From the NCBI GenBank assembly GCA_951406725.2, contig OX597814.1:38936001-39000000 (forward strand): a DNA stretch of 64,000 nt, read 5' to 3'. Under the pieces are notes generated by a model that saw only the letters and a program-made list of their open reading frames with translations, had not been told where the DNA came from and searched no databases. This stretch comes from Octopus vulgaris. Taxonomy: Eukaryota. Below, piece after piece: positions 56,490-64,000 of this stretch (the first letter of the stretch is position 1; each line of letters opens with the position of its first letter). Both the position numbers and the translations under genes were made by a program.

Positions 56490-57122
56490 GTATAAGAACA
56501 TTCAGAAACAGAGATAAGGAAACCATGATGGTCCTCTGGCGGACTTTCGTCTTCAGTCGCCTGGATTACTGCTCACAGCTATGGTCACCCAACAGTGTAA
56601 AATTAACAGCGGACCTTAAAGCAATCCAGAGAAGATTCACAAAGAAGATCGTCTCTTTGCAACAGCTCAGCTACGGGGAAAGGTTGAAACAGCTAAGACT
56701 CTACTACCTGGAGAGAAGACGGGAGAGGTATGCAGTAAAATATGTCTGGAAGATCCTGGAAGGAATTGTGCCAAATTTTGGCATTGCAATCTACACCAAT
56801 GCTAGAACGGGACGACACTGCATATGCAATCACGCTTCAGGACCAGCTTCAGCAACAGCCTGGGTTTCAAGGGCCCACAGCTTTTTAATATTCTCCCAAA
56901 GAGTATGAGGTACCTGCACAATGTAGATGTAGCGGTTTTTAAATCAAAGCTAGACATATTCCTGTCCCAAATGAACCTACATCGCGGCAAGAAGTGCAAA
57001 TGAGAGTAGCTGCATCAAACTCCATTTTTCAACAAGTGCCACATATCAGACGATGTTCTTCGTAATAACAGTGTAGCACAAACCGGCGGTGCCTCAGCAT
57101 GGTCGCAGCTCTGAGCTGAAAC

Positions 57123-57131
<9 letters not shown>
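56490..57131 (+). mobile_element. CR1-like LINE 3' end
   Basis: IRTFRNRDKETMMVLWRTFVFSRLDYCSQLWSP..AIQRRFTKKI..LSYGERLKQLRLYYLERRRER, then FKSKLDIFL, a 3' stem-loop and an A tail. Confidence 0.88.
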
Positions 57132-57218
<87 letters not shown>

Positions 57219-57244
57219 TATGCATATATATATAAATATATATA

Positions 57245-57478
57245 CTTTATTTTAAGCAGCAGAAAATTCAACAAAATTCAACAAAATCTGTTACCATGAG
57301 TTTCTCGTTGCCGTTCATCAGACAGTTGCAAAAACTGTCTGATGAACGGCTAACGAGAAACTCAGAGTAACAGATTTTGTTGAATTTTCTGCTGCTTAAA
57401 ATAAAGCATTTTACTTTACCACTGGTATTTGAGTACTCTTTTTTCCACCTTGTTTCACATTTATGTGTTTACTTCGGT
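57245..57478. mobile_element. Short hairpin element carrying two divergent hammerheads, inserted in (TA)n
   Basis: 57245-57327 and 57333-57406 are inverted repeats with a 5-nt loop; the right arm continues about 70 bp. Confidence 0.85.
57335..57373 (+). ncRNA. Minimal type I hammerhead ribozyme (a second copy lies on the minus strand at 57288-57325)
   Basis: ctgt CTGATGA acggctaacga GAAA ctc a gag TA acag. Stem I ctgt/acag, stem III ctc/gag, GUA cleavage triplet, weak stem II. Confidence 0.75.
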
Positions 57479-58038
<560 letters not shown>

Positions 58039-59526
58039 TGTGCGCCTGCGTATGTGCGTGTGCCTATCCATTCGGAATTGAAATGAGGTAATTCGAGTAA
58101 ATGTAAGAAATTTCCGATTGAATCGCTTTATAACTTATGAATGAGAAACAAACATTTAGAAAAAATGTTTGAAACCAATAAAATAATATGTGAATAAGAT
58201 TTAATTGAGAAATAGCTGCTTAATCAAGTATAGTGGTTTAGAAAACATTCATGTGGAGTTGTCGACATGCAAACATTATTACGTAATATTGACACAAACA
58301 ACTAAAATATTTAGAGCCTATGCTGAAGATGAAGAATAATAGTTAAAATTGCTAATATTATTATTTTTTTTCTCCAAAATCTGAATCATTCATTGGAGTT
58401 AGGAAAATAAATAAATACTTTAAGAGGAATGTAAGGAGGAAAAAAAAATTAAAAAAAAGAAAAACAGTTAATGAAATTATAGACCGATTTTTATTTGCTC
58501 TGTTTTTATTTCCTTATTCCTATTTTCATTGACTGCAAAATAATTTTTCGTCAGAGTGCAGCTCCATGTTAACTTTCTGGTAGCCATAGAAATTTTAAAA
58601 TCTTATATATACACATTCGTGTTCATAAATTTTATGCTTCGGTCACTTATTATCATGTCAATGTTGATATGTATGGTATGGTTTAATATATTGAAGATTC
58701 TTTTGTAGCTACATACAATGTTCTTAAGTGGTGTCTAAAATTTAAAAACAATATGCTACTGAGATAAATTCTATGAATCACGGGCAACACAATGCTTGAG
58801 TCTTAACGGCAATGCAGTGATATATGATATTTGACTATACAGGGCATATACAATGTTAGTAATATATATGCAGTCTCAGGGCTACACGATTGTATATACA
58901 TGGCAAACCTTATCATGTATCAAAGAGGCATTTGAAATAAAAATACAAAAGTAGCTCGTGGTATTGTTGGCATGTCGTAAGAATCTGGTGTTTTGACCTG
59001 AATTGGATTTTACGTTGGAAAATGCACCCATAAATTCTCAGGTACGTCAAAGTCTTTGTTTCGACAGGCATATCAACAAAGGAAACATTCGTCAGAGTAT
59101 ACAGTAATCAGTAAATTAGATACTCGTCATTAGATGTATTGTTTGCTGCTTTCCATGCTGGAATGACTATTTCAACATGGCGCAGAATCTGTGAGTGTTT
59201 TGTCACTGATAAAATGAAATCAAGTTGAAACAGCGATGTCTGACGAAGCGCCAACAATATTGCTTGTTAAATTTGCAAAGATTCATAGAGCGATTTCTCT
59301 GAGATAATATATAATAGTTAGCGTCATTTTCGTTTCGTATATTCATTATAAATTTTATGCATATTTATATATATAATTATATATATTAAATTAAACCTTT
59401 CGCTGTTTCCATTGATTTAACTGTACAGTTGATGCAGATCTTACCTTTAAGATTTTAATATTATAATAAAATTGCATGTTCCGCCCACATAAGTTCTTCT
59501 CTATGAAGCTTATTCAATTTTGCTTT

Positions 59527-59730
59527 TGAGCTGGCAGAAACATTAGACGCCGGGAATAACGCTTGGGTGCACTTCGTCCGTCTTGAAGTTCTGAATTCCG
59601 TCGAAATTCTCTTGCATTTCCTTTTTACAGGTCCTATAAAATTAGTTGCATTTAAACACTGGGATAGATGTTATCGAGTTACTTCTCCCCGAAAAAATGT
59701 CTGGCATTACGCCAAAATTTGAAACCAATA
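59527..59730 (+). mobile_element. SINE family C
   Basis: GAGCTGGCAGAAACATTAG..GTTCTGAATTCCG..ACACTGGGATAGATGTTATCGAG..CCAAAATTTGAAACCAAT. Confidence 0.7.
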
Positions 59731-60452
59731 TATGATATTTACTGCAGCCAAGCATTATATTTATTTCAATACATTAGAATAATAATTATAAAAGAAGAAA
59801 ATAGTAAATAAATTCAAGCGTAAATAATCATAAATGAATAACTGTGCTCATACACAATACACAATATGTGTACCATTATACGAGGGAAATAACCTGTGTT
59901 GAAATCCGGCAGAGAAACGACAAGCATTATTCATTGAAATGTTCTTTTTTTCCCCTCTGAATAGTAAATTCTAAAAGTAATTAAATGCTTAAATTTTGTA
60001 TAATTTCATGTAAACTTTAAAATTCTGCAATGTGTATTGCTATGTAATATAACAATTTCGAGTTTTGTTTCCAATATAATATATCTACAGAAAGATATGA
60101 AGATATATATACACGTATGTATATATTTATGTGTATGTATATGTTCAATAATTTCCAGTAACTTGTTTAAACATGCATGGAGTGGTAAAAGTTCTTCTCC
60201 AGTAATGGCAAATTAATTTGTATATCATTAATTTTGAAACGTGCTTCAATATCAGTATTTGCTATGATTTAAAAAGATCAATAACATGGAAGCGTTTAAT
60301 AAATATCGTGTTTAGCACAACTTCTCTTGTACACAGGCAATATATGATATATTAGGAACATAAAAAATACCATATTAACCGCAACTTTCTATCTTTCATT
60401 CTATCTCTCTCTCTCTCGCTCCCACTATGTATCTACTTATTTATCTGTGTAT

Positions 60453-60502
<50 letters not shown>

Positions 60503-60571
60503 ATATGTATACATACATATAAATATATATATATACATATAAACATATGTATACATATATATATATATATA

Positions 60572-60618
<47 letters not shown>

Positions 60619-60625
60619 GCACATG

Positions 60626-60658
<33 letters not shown>

Positions 60659-61214
60659 GTGTATGTTTGCGCAAATAATCTAAGAGACGAAGAGAGTGAT
60701 GTTGGGCAAAAGATGGACATACTCCTACGTAATAATAAATATATAAAATATATATGTCAACATTACCATTCATAAGCTCATACGCCAGAAAGTAGTTACA
60801 CACTACCCAACATTTTCTTTGAACTGCAACATTGTATACCATTATCTACGCACATTTATACGCACACATATACACGCACACGCAATCATACACACACACA
60901 TATACTCACTCTCTCACACACACAAGCTGACACATGTACATAAACCTTTATACCGTTATTGTTTTTCAGATATATCGAAAATAGCAGACACTATCTCTGG
61001 AAAATGATACAATACATGTTAGCAACATATAATATAAAATCCAGAATTACTGTTATTTCGAAGCATATAGAAGGAGTTATCACACAATATGTGATGAATT
61101 GGTGAAGATATATATATATATATATACTTATGCACATCCATTTCTGTACATGCATTTCATTTAATTGTATACATATGTGTGTGTGCGTGCGTATACATAC
61201 ATATATATTTGCGA

Positions 61215-61380
61215 TGTTGGACCACTTAACTCAACACTTTTTTTCCTTTTATTCCTTCATGTTGAGGAGCATTGGCTCGAAACGTGAAACACTTTTCGAT
61301 TTTTCCCGAGCATCAAATTAATACACTTGCTTGTTGTTCTTACACCTGCGTTCGTCTTGTTTTACTATAAATTTCAACTA
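61215..61380 (+). mobile_element. Probable PLE terminal fragment with degenerate hammerhead, embedded in (TA)n
   Basis: TGTTGA g gagc attg gctc GAAA cgt: perfect stem II and GAAACGT, with a degenerate CUGANGA box. Confidence 0.4.
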
Positions 61381-61444
61381 TATATATATATTTATCTCTA
61401 ATTTAATATAATATATATATATATATATATAGTTGAAATTTAAA

Positions 61445-61489
<45 letters not shown>

Positions 61490-62700
61490 TTAAAGCTTAT
61501 GGTGATCACCGTCCAATGACTAAGGAAAACTGTCTAATAAAAGGACAGAAAACAAACAGAGCGTTCGTATCCGCGTGGGTCACGAAACCAAATCCCTTTG
61601 TTAACGCGACTAAGTGTGTTACCTTTACACCAGCGAATAACCCTCCTTGTTCCTATGAAATTTAAAAACAATATTAGTTCGTGCTTGTTCTATGTAAGCA
61701 AACTTTGTATATGCTTTCGATGCGAACGTTGTTTTCATACAGCGCCGTATTTTACAATCCGGCAAATAATAATTATAGTATTTTTATATAAGTTTAAAGC
61801 TTAAGGCGATCACCGTGCAATGACTAATGGCGGGCTAGTTTAATGAATCTGTACTGGTTTAAGACACCTGTTGTTTCGGAAACCTGAGGTGGTGTAGCTG
61901 TATTTAAAAAAAATTATCCACAGCATTTCCAAGAGCAGCCTGATACCTCATTTCAGGCCTCGCGATTTATGTACCGTAACAAGAGTAGTTCGCTCGTCAA
62001 AAATGTAAGCTCATTTTTCTCCGGAATTTTCGTTTCACTGGTAAAGAACATCCTACGTTCTGTATAAGATTACTTGCTACATTCAGATTTGGTTGAGTCC
62101 AGCTTCTCTAACGTAGGAAACCCATCGAATTCCATCATCTTGGAATTGTATTGATACTAAATTTTGATGTGAACGTTATCGAATGCAAATGAATTAGTGC
62201 TTAATTCATATCCCTTTCAATTTAGTACATCTCTCTAATAGTTGCTCCTAATGTACAGTAATTTCACTCTGTTTTCTGGCCATAAAGGCTATAATTACGG
62301 TCAGAGAGTTGTTCGAAATTGAGTTTATTCAGCATGTTGGACCCCTTCAAATGATCCATGGTAAATCGCCTGTCATATGAAGCAAGTTGTCAAGATTTAA
62401 GTAAGTGCTGTCGTTTATCCTCCAATGCAAATGCTCAAGTAGGCTTTGTCTTCTTGTTTTGTATACTGGAGCAATCTGAAGGGTCGCTTAATCGGAAATC
62501 AGAGATGCATTAACTAATATCCGTTACTGCGAAAACACCAAAATCCCACAGTTTGTTTCAGTGTGTTCTTATCTGCCTTCCAGATAACTTACTTTTTGAT
62601 ATGCTTGGATTAACATTGCTACCGTATTCCTCAAAAAGGTTCAATAAATATCATTATTACACGTTCTTGTTTGGTCAGTGGAATTAAACGAAAATCTAAC
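61490..62700 (-). mobile_element. Highly decayed PLE RT (Naiad/Poseidon-like) with a terminal direct repeat
   Basis: Ordered frameshifted minus-strand remnants VIWKADK, RRQSLL, (TM)GSFEGVQHAE, FQDDGI and YQAALGNA (cf. KADK, RKSLL, TMGSFDGAE, YRDDGL, YQxAL..GY). 34-bp direct repeat at 61490-61523 / 61794-61827. Confidence 0.5.
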
Positions 62701-63955
62701 GGAAGACACTACCATCACAACGAGTTTATTATCCAAGTACTTACATCAACATCTGCACTTACTCAATAACAGGACGAATTACGCAATTTAGAAATTTAGT
62801 ATATCAAATGAAAAATTTATGGAGCCAATAAAAGTATATCTTTAACCAGTATGTGATTGAAATTCATTGATTTCATTGCTCGACTGAATGATCAAAGACA
62901 GCAATATGATTTAAGTTTGGATATTTGGTGAATTACATCATCTTTTTCAGGTCCTCACTATTTCTTGCGAACAGACATTTTTCTTTCGAATGCTCATTCT
63001 GTTAATCTTCAGATATTTCGCAATGATTCATACAGATGTTATGTTATGTTAATATTATATTAACATAACAGAACATTAGATTGCCTGAAACATGGTTAGA
63101 AAACAGTGTCCTCTGCCAACAGTAAGGAGTTGTGTCAACTGAAAATGGCATAAAAGTAAGTGGGAAAGTGGATTATATTATTCAAAGAAGAAAACGATGC
63201 AGCTTTTAATAATGATTGTGATTCGTTTCCACTGGTAATCGAAATTTCTACCAAAAGCCCCAGCTATATTTTCAATTCTGGACAAACTAATAACACTTCG
63301 TTAAACAATTCCCATGTTGTTACATCGATGATTATTTAGCTACCTCTAGACAATATCTACATGGAAATAATCATAGTCTAAAGAACAAAAATGGCCTTTA
63401 TGCTGCCACGATAAACACAACAGTCAATTAGGGTTCAAACCACATAAGTATTTTTAAAAAAAATAAATTGTCCATTATCATGCCATGTATTCAAATTTGT
63501 TTAGTGCCTCTAAAACGTAGACCAAACTGTATTGTACTATGGTTAACACAGGTAATAAACAACAGCAATGCCTGTAATAAAAATAAGAAGCGTCTACTGA
63601 GTTGTCCAAAAGGAACAAAGGAGACAGTACCAACACTTTCGCCATCATAAACCTATCATTTTACAACAATATATTAAAGGGAATGAGATTAAGTATGAGT
63701 TTCCGGCATGTACCAGTATCAGTTGACAAAATATTATCCTTGTTAGATTCATATGTTTTTAGGAGAAACAAGTATGCAAAATAAGAGTATTTCTAGATGG
63801 GTGAATCGTGATTTTGCACATAATGTACTTGAGATTTTCTCACACGCACATATTTTTATATGTGCTTATATGCGTATATATAGTAATGTGTGGAGGTGTA
63901 CATGTGTATTTATATGTTTATAAGCAGACACTAATATAGGCACACACACACACAT

Positions 63956-63996
<41 letters not shown>

Positions 63997-64000
63997 CACA

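Noticed and set aside
63060-63800. PETWL and LDNIY motifs suggesting a decayed APE endonuclease
   Set aside because: Isolated short motifs with many stops; not supportable by eye.

Overview
AT-rich eukaryotic (animal) non-genic or intronic DNA, dense in (TA)n, (CA)n, (GATA)n and (TAA)n microsatellites. The SINE families and repeat style resemble a cephalopod such as Octopus; this is an inference from recall, not a database match. I found no intact host gene. Most ORFs in the track are microsatellite artefacts or decayed transposon fragments. Recognisable elements are three tRNA-derived SINE families, five mariner-type elements, a stack of R4/Dong-like RLE LINE fragments in a (TAA)n tract, CR1-like and RTE-like LINE 3' ends, and several Penelope-like elements (PLEs) with minimal hammerhead ribozymes (HHRs). 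Two systems stand out. (1) ORF1-only (gag/zinc-knuckle, no RT) retroelements have inserted three times at the same site in the tRNA-derived head of a SINE (about 6045, 25651 and 27782), with a ~15-bp target duplication and a conserved 5'-UTR intron. (2) There is a set of non-autonomous hammerhead-carrying elements, including a tRNA-headed SINE with a Penelope-style hammerhead and inverted repeat (19659-20000), plus a U3-A8 covariant hammerhead in a young GIY-YIG PLE.
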